Shown here piece by piece: positions 41,952-51,184 of a stretch of DNA of 64,000 nucleotides. The stretch's first letter is position 1. Each line of letters opens with the position of its first letter. The translations under genes were made by a program, and so were the position numbers. This DNA comes from Bacilli bacterium (lineage in GTDB: Bacteria; Bacillota_I; Bacilli_A; RF39; UBA660): contig JAFURC010000026.1 of NCBI GenBank assembly GCA_017472015.1, positions 5,427 through 69,426 of the forward strand. The letters are read 5' to 3'. The notes under the pieces were generated by a model. That model ran no database searches. It had not been told where the DNA came from and worked only from the letters and a program-made list of their open reading frames with translations.

Positions 41952-43784
41952 ATGAGTAACTTACATATAAATGAAGAAAATTTAAAAAAATTAAGTAATG
42001 AAAATTTAGTTTTAGAACAAGAAGAAAGTAAAAAAATGACTGGGTATGCATCCGTTGATAGACCATGGATGAAATGGCATGATAAGAATAATGCTGATTT
42101 ATTAGTATCAGATGAAAATTTTTATGATTACTTTATGAAAATGACTGGGGAATATCCAAGTGATACAATTTTACTTGATTTTATGGGAAAAAGAGGGTAT
42201 ACAAAAGAAGACATTGAAAGAGAAGTTTCTAATCAAATTAAAATGTTTACTAATTTAGGAGTAAAAAAAGGAGATACAGTATCATTCATGATGTTAAATG
42301 TTCCGGAAGTTATATTTATGTTTTTAGCAATAAATAAAATGGGAGCAATTGCAAATTTAATTAAGTTTGATGAAAGTCCTGAAAGAATTAACTTTATGTT
42401 AAATTTAACTAAATCAAAGTATTTCTTTATCTCTGAAGTACCACCAATAATTGAAAATGTTATTAAAACAACAAATTTAGATAATAAATTAGAAAAAGTA
42501 ATTGTTGTTCCGGTTATGGAATCTTTAGGTCTTCCTGGACAGGAATTAAATATTCCAAAATTTACGACTTATAAAAATTATAAAGATGAGTATTTAAAGG
42601 ATACAAAAGTAAATTTAGTATCTAAAGGAGAAAATGAAACAACTCTTATTGTTTATACAGGAGGTTCAACTGGAGATGCTAAAGGAGTAGAGCTTACAAA
42701 TAAAAATTTAGTTGCAATGGCTCATGGATTAAAGCATAGTAATTATGGTTTTACTTATGGAAAAACTTCTATGAATATCTTACCACCAGCAATTGCTTAT
42801 TATTTAAATGCAACTTGTGGGCTTATGATTTGCGGTGTTAAAACAACTTTAGTACCAGCCTTTGATATTAATACATATCCAGATTTGGTTGATACATATA
42901 AACCGAATATTATATTCTCAGGTCCAATTCTTTTAAAGTCTTTACAACATTCAAATATAGAAGATTTTAGTTATTTATCATCACCGGCAAGTGGTGGAGA
43001 TAAACTATATGCCAGTGAAGAAGAAGAAATTAATGAAAGTTTAATGAAACGTGGAGCTGGAGCCGTTCAACAAGGATATGGAGCAAGTGAAGAAACAGCT
43101 GTTGCTACTTGTAATCCAATTATTGGTCCAAGAGTTGGTAGTATTGGTATTCCGATGGTTAATGTAATTGCTAGTATTTTTGAATATCAAACTGATAAAG
43201 AACTTGCTTATGGTAATGGTTTAGTTGGAGAAATTTGTATAACTGGTCCAACTTTAATGAAAGGTTATTTAAATAATAAAGAAGCAACAGATTTTGTTCT
43301 TAAAAAACATAGTGATGGAAGAATTTGGGCTCATACTGACGATTTTGGAGTTATGGATCAAGATGGATTTTTATTTCATAAAGGGCGTGCTAAAAGAATG
43401 TTAACAAGAAGTGGAACTAAACTATGGTTACCAACTCTTGAAGAAGAAATAAAAAAATTAGATATAGTTTCTGATTGTTGTGCTGTAAAACTAGATGATA
43501 TAAATGAACGTGAAGTACCTGTTGTTCATCTTGTATTAAATGAAAGTGAACAAACACCTGAAGAATTAATTTTCCAAATTGATCAATACTTAACAAATAA
43601 TTGTCCTGCATACTTTATGCCAAAATATTATGTAATCAAAAAAGAATTACCATATACTGAAGTAAATAAAAAATTAGATTTTAAAACTCTTGAAGCTGAA
43701 AATATTTTAGATTCTGAAAACTTCAATATAAATGGCAGAATAATTACTGAAAAACAAAAAGTAAAAACTCTAAAAAGATATTAG
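41952..43784 (+). CDS. AMP-binding enzyme (acyl-CoA synthetase-like)
   Basis: YTGGSTGDAKG, GYGASE, GEICITGP..MKGY, HTDD, KGR.K. Confidence 0.88.
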   Translation: MSNLHINEENLKKLSNENLVLEQEESKKMTGYASVDRPWMKWHDKNNADLLVSDENFYDYFMKMTGEYPSDTILLDFMGKRGYTKEDIEREVSNQIKMFTNLGVKKGDTVSFMMLNVPEVIFMFLAINKMGAIANLIKFDESPERINFMLNLTKSKYFFISEVPPIIENVIKTTNLDNKLEKVIVVPVMESLGLPGQELNIPKFTTYKNYKDEYLKDTKVNLVSKGENETTLIVYTGGSTGDAKGVELTNKNLVAMAHGLKHSNYGFTYGKTSMNILPPAIAYYLNATCGLMICGVKTTLVPAFDINTYPDLVDTYKPNIIFSGPILLKSLQHSNIEDFSYLSSPASGGDKLYASEEEEINESLMKRGAGAVQQGYGASEETAVATCNPIIGPRVGSIGIPMVNVIASIFEYQTDKELAYGNGLVGEICITGPTLMKGYLNNKEATDFVLKKHSDGRIWAHTDDFGVMDQDGFLFHKGRAKRMLTRSGTKLWLPTLEEEIKKLDIVSDCCAVKLDDINEREVPVVHLVLNESEQTPEELIFQIDQYLTNNCPAYFMPKYYVIKKELPYTEVNKKLDFKTLEAENILDSENFNINGRIITEKQKVKTLKRY

Positions 43785-43801
43785 GAAACTAATATTTTTT
43801 T
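43773..43801 (+). terminator. intrinsic terminator
   Basis: AAAAGATATTAG-GAAA-CTAATATTTTTT. Confidence 0.7.
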
Positions 43802-43860
43802 AAAACTAATTGAAGATTTAGACTAAATGCTTTATAATAATTATTATAGAAGGAGAATTT

Positions 43861-45636
43861 ATGGAAAGTTTTTATTTTACCGTTTTCGGATTAGTTTTTT
43901 GTATTTTATTAATGATAATTTATTTTCCAAAAAAGAAAGTTAATTCTTTGGAAAATAAAATATATTCAATTATAATAGGGGTAACTTTTTTAAGTTGTGC
44001 AATCGAGGTTTATTCATTTTTCTTAGTTAATACGGGTTGTAGTCCAGATTCATTTAAGTATTTATTATCTTTAAAGTTATTATTTTCATGTTTTTTAGCT
44101 TGGGTTTACTTTTTTACAATTTATATTTTAATTGTTACTCTTAATAATTCAACAACTGAAGAAAAAATGAATAAATTAACAAAAAAATCATTGACTTTAT
44201 TTGTTGTAATTTTAGCCATTATTTTACTTTTACCAATTAATATTAATAATGTCGGAGGAATGTTTCTTCCAAGTGGACCATCAGTTAGTGTTTTATATGC
44301 CTGTGCTGCCCTTTGTATTATTTTAATGATTTCAATTTTTATTAAAAATATTAAAAATTTTAAAAGTAAAAAATATGTACCTCTTTATTTATTAATTTTT
44401 ATGTTTGGAGTTGTAGTTGCTGTTCAAAATATATTTCCAACTTTATTACTTATTAATGCGGCTTTTGTTTTTATAACTGTAGTTATGTATTTTACAATTG
44501 AAAATCCTGATGTTAAAATGATTGAAGAATTAAATAAAAATCGTTTATTAGTAAATCAAACTATGGAAGAAAAATCAAATTTCTTATTTCTTACATCTAA
44601 TCAAATAAAAAGTCCTATTAATAGTATTTTAGAACTATCTAATAAGTCATTAGAAGAAAATGATCAAACCAAAATTCAAGAAAACTTAGTACAAATAAAT
44701 AATTTATCACATTCACTTGCTTTTTTAGTTGAAAATGTTATGGATATGTCAACTCTTAGTATTCAAAATATTAAAGTTGTAAATAGTAAATATAATCTTA
44801 AAAATTTAATAACTAAAATAAAATTAGTAAAAGAAAAAGAAGTAAAAGAAAATATTGATTTTCGAGTAAATATAAGCGAAAATGTTCCAGAATACTTACA
44901 TGGGGATTCTAAATTACTTGAACAAGTTATTATGTCAACACTTGATAATGCAATTAAATACACTAAAGAAGGTTTTATTGAATTAAATATCAATACTATT
45001 GTTAAATATGATATGTGTCGTTTAATGATAACTGTTGAAGATTCTGGTCAAGGTATATCAATTGATAAAGTAAATGATTTATTAATGATAGATGAAGAAT
45101 TAGATGAATCAGATTTAAAAAGATTAGAAACTAAAAATGTAAATATTAATACTATTAAAAAGATAGTTTCCAAAATGGGTGGATATTTTACTATTAAAAG
45201 CGAAGAAAATCATGGAACAGAAATAAAAATAGTTATTGATCAAAAAATAGTTACAACAAAAAAAAATGAATTAGATAATTACTCTAAAACTGAAAATATT
45301 TTAGTTGCTTCAAATGATACGGAATATTTAAAAAGTATAACCAAATTACTTGAAAAAAAAGGTTATCATGTTGAAAATTCTATTTATGCTAATGATGTAA
45401 TTGATAGAGTTCGATTAAAAGAAAGTTTTAATTATATAATACTTGATGATATGTTAGATATTCGTGCTATTGAAGTGTTAAAAACATTAAAGAAAGATAA
45501 TAAATTTAAAACTCCAGTTATTGTCATGCTTGATAAAGATGTTGAATTTATAAAAGATCATTTTGTTGAAGATGGTTTTAGTGATTATCTTTTAAAAGAA
45601 AATTTAGGTGAAGAAATAAATAGAATTTTTAAATAG
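43861..45636 (+). CDS. membrane hybrid histidine-kinase-like protein, degenerate (no phospho-His)
   Basis: about 6-7 TM, HisKA-like KSNFLFLTSNQIKSP, DNAIKYT, EDSGQG, C-terminal receiver-like domain. Confidence 0.8.
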   Translation: MESFYFTVFGLVFCILLMIIYFPKKKVNSLENKIYSIIIGVTFLSCAIEVYSFFLVNTGCSPDSFKYLLSLKLLFSCFLAWVYFFTIYILIVTLNNSTTEEKMNKLTKKSLTLFVVILAIILLLPININNVGGMFLPSGPSVSVLYACAALCIILMISIFIKNIKNFKSKKYVPLYLLIFMFGVVVAVQNIFPTLLLINAAFVFITVVMYFTIENPDVKMIEELNKNRLLVNQTMEEKSNFLFLTSNQIKSPINSILELSNKSLEENDQTKIQENLVQINNLSHSLAFLVENVMDMSTLSIQNIKVVNSKYNLKNLITKIKLVKEKEVKENIDFRVNISENVPEYLHGDSKLLEQVIMSTLDNAIKYTKEGFIELNINTIVKYDMCRLMITVEDSGQGISIDKVNDLLMIDEELDESDLKRLETKNVNINTIKKIVSKMGGYFTIKSEENHGTEIKIVIDQKIVTTKKNELDNYSKTENILVASNDTEYLKSITKLLEKKGYHVENSIYANDVIDRVRLKESFNYIILDDMLDIRAIEVLKTLKKDNKFKTPVIVMLDKDVEFIKDHFVEDGFSDYLLKENLGEEINRIFK

Positions 45637-45704
45637 TTTAGTTTTTCTAAACTATTTTTTGTATAAAAAGGTATATTTTGCCTATTCTAATAATGGTGAA
45701 TTTC

Positions 45705-46412
45705 ATGAATCAACTTTTAACAATTATTTTTAAAGGAAGTATTGCTGTTATCTATTTATTTTTAGTTATTAAAATGCTTGGTAAAAAACAAATAAGTGAA
45801 CTTAATATCTTTGATTACATAATTGGTTTATCACTTGGAAATATTGCGGCTGAGATGACAGTTAATAAAGAAATTACTATTATTGGTGGACTTATTGGAA
45901 TGAGTGTATATGGGGCATTTTCTTTATTTGTTTCATTTATTACATCTAAAAGTATTTTAGCAAGACGTTTTATAACCGGATATCCAGTTGTTATTATTAG
46001 TGATGGTAAAATAAGTCGTGAGCAACTTAAGAAATGTAAACTTGATTTAAATGACTTACTTCAAGATGCTAGAGAAAGTGGTTATTTTGATATAAGTGAA
46101 ATTAATTATGCAGTTATGGAACCAAGTGGGAAAATTAGTTTTTTACCTAAAGCAAATTATCATTCAGTTACTCCATATGATATGAAATTAAAAGTTGAAA
46201 AAAATGGTCTATGTGCTAATTTAGTAATAGATGGAAATATCATGGAGAAAAATATAGAAGCAATTGGGCATGATAGGAAATGGCTTTTAAAAAGACTTGA
46301 AAAAGAAGGTTATAAAGATGTATCTAAGTTATTATTAGTTACTTGCGATATTCATGAAAAATTAAAAATTTATAAAATGGATGAAAAGATAGAATCTAGT
46401 GTACTAGAATAA
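45705..46412 (+). CDS. DUF421 (YetF family) membrane protein
   Basis: GKKQISEL..FDYI..., A.ME.SG.IS, LVIDG.I. Confidence 0.9.
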   Translation: MNQLLTIIFKGSIAVIYLFLVIKMLGKKQISELNIFDYIIGLSLGNIAAEMTVNKEITIIGGLIGMSVYGAFSLFVSFITSKSILARRFITGYPVVIISDGKISREQLKKCKLDLNDLLQDARESGYFDISEINYAVMEPSGKISFLPKANYHSVTPYDMKLKVEKNGLCANLVIDGNIMEKNIEAIGHDRKWLLKRLEKEGYKDVSKLLLVTCDIHEKLKIYKMDEKIESSVLE

Positions 46413-46491
46413 CTATCTTTTTTTCAAAAAATGTTTGAAAAATATAATAAAGTATGTTATATTATGTACGAAGTATTTTGATACTTTAATA

Positions 46492-46532
46492 ACTTCTTGG
46501 CTCTTATGAGTCCATTAGTCCAAAAGGAGGTG
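46492..46532 (+). promoter_or_regulatory. S6:S18 ribosomal protein leader
   Basis: ACTTCTTGGCTCTTATGAGTCCATTAGTCCAAAAGGAGGTG resembles the Bacillus rpsF leader; anti-SD pairing, CCA internal loop. Confidence 0.75.
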
Positions 46533-46539
46533 TAGATAT

Positions 46540-46824
46540 ATGCGTAATTATGAACTTATGTTTGTTGTAAGACCAACACTTGAAGAAGAAGCAACTTTAA
46601 ATGTTTTAGCAAACATGAAAAAAATTCTTGAAGAAAAAAATGCAAAAATCGTATCTGAAAAAAATATGGGAAGACGTGAACTTGCATATGAAGTAAAAGG
46701 ATTCAAGAATGGTAATTACTTTTTATTAGTTGTAGAGGCAACTCCAGAAGCTGTAAAAGAATTTGATCGTGTTGCTAATATTAACGAAGATGTAATAAGA
46801 CATATAGTAGTTAGAGTAGATTAA
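46540..46824 (+). CDS. rpsF: 30S ribosomal protein S6
   Basis: MRNYELMFVVRP, G.R.LAYE, VIRH. Confidence 0.98.
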   Translation: MRNYELMFVVRPTLEEEATLNVLANMKKILEEKNAKIVSEKNMGRRELAYEVKGFKNGNYFLLVVEATPEAVKEFDRVANINEDVIRHIVVRVD

Positions 46825-46834
46825 GGAGTAATTT

Positions 46835-47311
46835 ATGAATAAAGTATTTTTAGTAGGTAGATTAACAAGAGATCCAGAATTAAGATATGGATCAAGTAAC
46901 AATGCTGTTATGCGTACATCAATTGCTGTAGATAGACAATTTACAAATCAAAATGGTGAACGTGAAGCAGATTTTATTAATATTGTTGCATTTGGTAATC
47001 GTGCTGAAACAATGAAAAAATATTTAACTAAAGGAAGTCAAATTGCTGTTAGTGGTCGTATTCAAACAGGATCATATGATGGATCTGATGGAAAAAAAGT
47101 TTATACAACTGATGTTATAATTGATGAATTTCAATTTTTAGATACTAAAGGTTCAAGAACTGATTCAGGTAATCAAACACAAACTTCAGGTTCTAATACT
47201 GAAATGACTCCATATGATTTTTCAAGTGGTAGTCAAGATGTAGTAGAAACTGATCCATTTAAAGATTTTGGTGATAAGATCGAAATAGATGATAGCGATT
47301 TACCTTTCTAA
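46835..47311 (+). CDS. ssb: single-stranded DNA-binding protein
   Basis: MNKVFLVGRLTRDPELR; DLPF tail. Confidence 0.98.
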   Translation: MNKVFLVGRLTRDPELRYGSSNNAVMRTSIAVDRQFTNQNGEREADFINIVAFGNRAETMKKYLTKGSQIAVSGRIQTGSYDGSDGKKVYTTDVIIDEFQFLDTKGSRTDSGNQTQTSGSNTEMTPYDFSSGSQDVVETDPFKDFGDKIEIDDSDLPF

Positions 47312-47326
47312 GAATAGGAGGATAAA

Positions 47327-47548
47327 ATGGCAGAATTTTATAGAAAAAAGAAAAAAGTATGTTATATGTGCACAACTGGTAAAGATATTAACTATAAAGA
47401 TGTAGAAATTTTAAGAAAATACATCAATGATAAAGGAAAAATCTTACCTCGTCGTGTAACAGGAGCATGTGCTAAACATCAAAGATATATAGCAGAACAA
47501 ATCAGAAAAGCTCGTGCAATTGCATTACTTCCATATACAAATAAATAG
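47327..47548 (+). CDS. rpsR: 30S ribosomal protein S18 (zinc-binding form)
   Basis: CYMC, GKILPRRVTG.CAKHQR, ALLPY. Confidence 0.98.
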   Translation: MAEFYRKKKKVCYMCTTGKDINYKDVEILRKYINDKGKILPRRVTGACAKHQRYIAEQIRKARAIALLPYTNK

Positions 47549-47574
47549 GAATTTTGATATTTCTATTTTTTTTT
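47542..47574 (+). terminator. terminator after rpsR
   Basis: AAATAGGAAT/ATTTCTATTT plus T-run. Confidence 0.65.
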
Positions 47575-47618
47575 ATATAAAAATATGATAAGATAAATTA
47601 TATAATAAAGAGGGAATT

Positions 47619-49094
47619 ATGAAAGAATTAGATGATTTATTAAAAAGATATAAAGAAAATTTAGAAATTGATCAACAAAACTTAGAAAATTTTATGAATA
47701 TCAACTTTCCTAATTTAAATTTAGATCAAGATATCTTAGAACAAATTAATTTAGATATAATAGTTTTTTATGAAAAAATCCTTAATAAATTATCTTTATC
47801 AGAATTAGAAGAAAAAAAATTTCAGGAAGCATTTGATTATTTTAGACTTAATATGGATTTAGATTTAAAAAATTTAATTGTTCGTGATTTTAAATGTTTA
47901 AATTTTATTTCTAAAATTAAAGAATTAAATAGAAAAGTAGAATTATATAGACAAACTATGATTAATAATTATCAAAGGGAAATTGAAAAATGTAAGAACT
48001 TAATTAAGCCCATTGATAGTATCAAAGGGCTATTTCAGAGCACCTCTGAAATAGATATATATTATTTAAATGATTTATTAAATAAATTATCTTTTAATGA
48101 AAAATTCAGAGAAAATATTATAGCGGATGCTTTAAAACATAATTTTGATCTTACCAAAACTAATCAAGAAGAATATCAGGAAGAATCTGAATTATCAGAA
48201 GAAGTAGAAATAATTGAAATAGAAGAAAAACAAGAAGATTTAAATATCCAGGAATCGGATGTTCAAATAATTGATTTATATTTAGATTTAATAGATGATT
48301 TACTTGAAAAAATTAAACTAAATCCTAAAAATCCCGAACAAGATCATTTAAATCAAGCAAGATTAATAGAATTAAGAGATAAATTATTGGAAGCAAAAGA
48401 AAATTCTGAACTATGTCAGGAAATGTTAAATGAAGCATCACAAGAAGAAATTACATATTTAGGTAAGGTATTAAAAGAAATAGTTATAACAATGAAAAAT
48501 ATAATAGATGAAGTTTCTGAAATAGCCGATGAATACCAAAGAGAACTTGAGGAAGAAATTATTGAAACTGAAATAAAAAGGAATTTAATTTTTTTAAATT
48601 CAACTTTTAAAGATCTTGAAGAATTTAAAAAAGAAGTTTGTCAATTGCCAATTATAAAGAAATTATATGGAATGCTTAAACATTTACAATATGATGAAAT
48701 TCTTACAACAACACCATATACACAAGTATCATCTCCAATTCCTATTAATGAATATAAAGTAAAAAAATCTAAAGGTACCCCAAGATTATTTTATCAAGTA
48801 ATTGATGGAAATGTAATTGTCCTTTTACTTGGTATTGAAGGAAGAAAAAAACATTCAACTTTTAAAAGTATGATTGAAGGTAGAATAACACAGTCTGTTG
48901 ATAGCGAACATAAACGATTAATAAATAGTTTTAAATTAGCTAAATCTTATCCAAATGAAAAATGTGAATATAATCAGAAGTTAACTAACAAAGAATTTTT
49001 AGAACAATTATTATCTAAATATCAAGAAGTTGAACAAGAATTCTTTGAAAAATTCCATGCAGAATGTTATAATCCTAATTCTAAAAAGAGGTGA
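47619..49094 (+). CDS. hypothetical coiled-coil protein with C-terminal RelE/ParE-like domain
   Basis: LIF-STFKDLEEF-IIKKL..ML..L-INEYKVK-RLFYQV-VIVLLLG pattern. Confidence 0.55.
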   Translation: MKELDDLLKRYKENLEIDQQNLENFMNINFPNLNLDQDILEQINLDIIVFYEKILNKLSLSELEEKKFQEAFDYFRLNMDLDLKNLIVRDFKCLNFISKIKELNRKVELYRQTMINNYQREIEKCKNLIKPIDSIKGLFQSTSEIDIYYLNDLLNKLSFNEKFRENIIADALKHNFDLTKTNQEEYQEESELSEEVEIIEIEEKQEDLNIQESDVQIIDLYLDLIDDLLEKIKLNPKNPEQDHLNQARLIELRDKLLEAKENSELCQEMLNEASQEEITYLGKVLKEIVITMKNIIDEVSEIADEYQRELEEEIIETEIKRNLIFLNSTFKDLEEFKKEVCQLPIIKKLYGMLKHLQYDEILTTTPYTQVSSPIPINEYKVKKSKGTPRLFYQVIDGNVIVLLLGIEGRKKHSTFKSMIEGRITQSVDSEHKRLINSFKLAKSYPNEKCEYNQKLTNKEFLEQLLSKYQEVEQEFFEKFHAECYNPNSKKR

Positions 49095-49102
49095 TATATT
49101 AT

Positions 49103-50821
49103 ATGTTAAGTGAATTAATAGAAAAATATAAAACTAAAAAAATAAATGAATTTCAAATAATTAAACATAATCATGAAATAGATAATTTATTAAAATATTT
49201 CCTAGATGAAACTAGTTTTTCTAATTTAGATATTGATAATTTCATTAGTTTTTTAGAAAAAAATAAATATACTGACTATCCTCTTGAAAAAGTAAGAATT
49301 ACGTTAACTTATATAAAAAGAAATAATTCTTATAATGATCCTAGTTGTAAAAGTTTTTTTGAAAGTTTAAGAAATTATTTAACTAATTTAAAAGAAGAAA
49401 CTTTATCAACTGAAGAATTAGAACAATTAATAATAAAAGTTAATAACTTATTAAATACTATTTCAAATCCGGATATTTTTATAGAAGATATAGAATTAAT
49501 AATTAATATTATTAAAGAATTAAGAATAAGTGAAAATGATATGTTTGCTTGTATGTTAGAAATTAATGAACACAATTTAAATTTTGTTAATAAATTAGGT
49601 AATAAAAACGAATTATTAGTACAAAAAGAAGAAGAAAAAATTGAAATAATAGTTTCCAATGATGATTTATTAAAACAATTTGGTTATAATTTAAATTTAT
49701 CAGCTGAAGAGAAGAAAATAATTAATTCGATATCAAATGAATTTTTAAAAGAAAAATTAGATTTCTTTAAGAATACTCCTAAATATAGTTTTTTAAGTCA
49801 ATTTGAATATCAAAAATTATTAATAACCCTACTAAAGTATGCTAAATTAGAAAATATTAAAAAAGTTTTAGAATTATCTATTAAACATAATCTTGATTTA
49901 AAAGAGATATTACCAACTTTTTATCTAAATAAAGATTTAATTATAGATGAGTATAGTGATGAATTTTATAAAACTTTAACAGGTACTTATGAATGTTTTG
50001 TTGAAAATATTAGAATGTTAGAAGTTCTTGATATTTCTATTTCAGAAATGTATCAAAATTCAATTAATTTCTTTATGACTAATAATAATTTACTAAAAGA
50101 AAATATTAAAACTTTTGAGGAATATGAAATACCTTTTAATAGTAAAAGTTTTTCTTTATTAACTTCTTTAATGACTAATGATTTACAAACTAAATTAGAT
50201 AGATTTATAGAAACTAATTTATTTGATTATGTCAAGGAATATCCAAATATTTTATTAAATCAAGATAAAGCCTTATTTCATAGAATTCATTATGCAAGGC
50301 AAAATAATTTACCAATTAAAAGACGTTATTTAAGTTCTTTCATAACTAGTACAAATGGTTATCAAATAAATGAAGATAATTATGAAGAAATAGTTGCTAC
50401 TTATACATCACCTTACTTTGATAAACCAATTTACAATGATATTTTAAAAGAACCTAGAAAAGTTTTGGAAGATACTAAAAATAATAGTTTAATAAAAGTA
50501 TTAGATACTTATTTATATGATAAAAATACTTATTATATTGCTAATACTTATATTTCAAGGTTTAAAGTATTAAGATTATATCAAGGTCTTTTAGATAAAA
50601 AAGAAGAAAATCCAAATTATTTTGAAGGAGTTTTATTTTCTATTTTACATGGTTTAATAATTGATAAAGATAAATATGAAGATATTGTTTTAGAAATAAT
50701 GAAATTTTATAAAGAAAATGAAATGATTTATTTTGATGTAGCTGTTAGTATTTGTCGTAAATTAGGAATTAGTGTTCAAAAAATATTTCAAGAATTAAAT
50801 AGTTATGAAAGGACGATATAA
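49103..50821 (+). CDS. hypothetical protein with mTERF-like helical repeats
   Basis: repeated L.E.[IL]..[FL]...[GI] and P..L[LF] units; RBS GAGGTG. Confidence 0.5.
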   Translation: MLSELIEKYKTKKINEFQIIKHNHEIDNLLKYFLDETSFSNLDIDNFISFLEKNKYTDYPLEKVRITLTYIKRNNSYNDPSCKSFFESLRNYLTNLKEETLSTEELEQLIIKVNNLLNTISNPDIFIEDIELIINIIKELRISENDMFACMLEINEHNLNFVNKLGNKNELLVQKEEEKIEIIVSNDDLLKQFGYNLNLSAEEKKIINSISNEFLKEKLDFFKNTPKYSFLSQFEYQKLLITLLKYAKLENIKKVLELSIKHNLDLKEILPTFYLNKDLIIDEYSDEFYKTLTGTYECFVENIRMLEVLDISISEMYQNSINFFMTNNNLLKENIKTFEEYEIPFNSKSFSLLTSLMTNDLQTKLDRFIETNLFDYVKEYPNILLNQDKALFHRIHYARQNNLPIKRRYLSSFITSTNGYQINEDNYEEIVATYTSPYFDKPIYNDILKEPRKVLEDTKNNSLIKVLDTYLYDKNTYYIANTYISRFKVLRLYQGLLDKKEENPNYFEGVLFSILHGLIIDKDKYEDIVLEIMKFYKENEMIYFDVAVSICRKLGISVQKIFQELNSYERTI

Positions 50822-50822
50822 A

Positions 50823-51110
50823 ATGGAATTTTTAAAATTATATGGTTTAAATGATATAGAAATAAATAAATTATATATAAAATATAGTAAAGCGCTTATT
50901 AATAGTATTATATATAAAAAAGAAAATGTTTTATTAATTCTTAATTATTTTAAAGAAAAAGAATTTGATTTAAAAACAATTATCTTAAATCGATTAGATC
51001 TTTTCTTGATTAATTTTAATCATTTAAAAGAAAAAATAGAAAAATATAATGAAGAAAGAATAATTAATTGGTTAAAGGATGATATTTCTTTAATTGATAG
51101 TTTAAATTAA
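50823..51110 (+). CDS. small hypothetical protein, mTERF-like repeat
   Basis: MEFLKLYGLNDIEINKL...ILNYFKE...TIILNRLDLF; RBS AAAGGA. Confidence 0.5.
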   Translation: MEFLKLYGLNDIEINKLYIKYSKALINSIIYKKENVLLILNYFKEKEFDLKTIILNRLDLFLINFNHLKEKIEKYNEERIINWLKDDISLIDSLN

Positions 51111-51134
51111 GATAGATCTTTTCTATCTTTTTTT
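51109..51134 (+). terminator. terminator closing the three-gene operon
   Basis: AAGATAGA-TCTTT-TCTATCTT plus T-run. Confidence 0.7.
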
Positions 51135-51184
51135 TCTTAGTCGTGCTATAATATTAATATATTTTAGATTGAGGAGGTTTTTTT

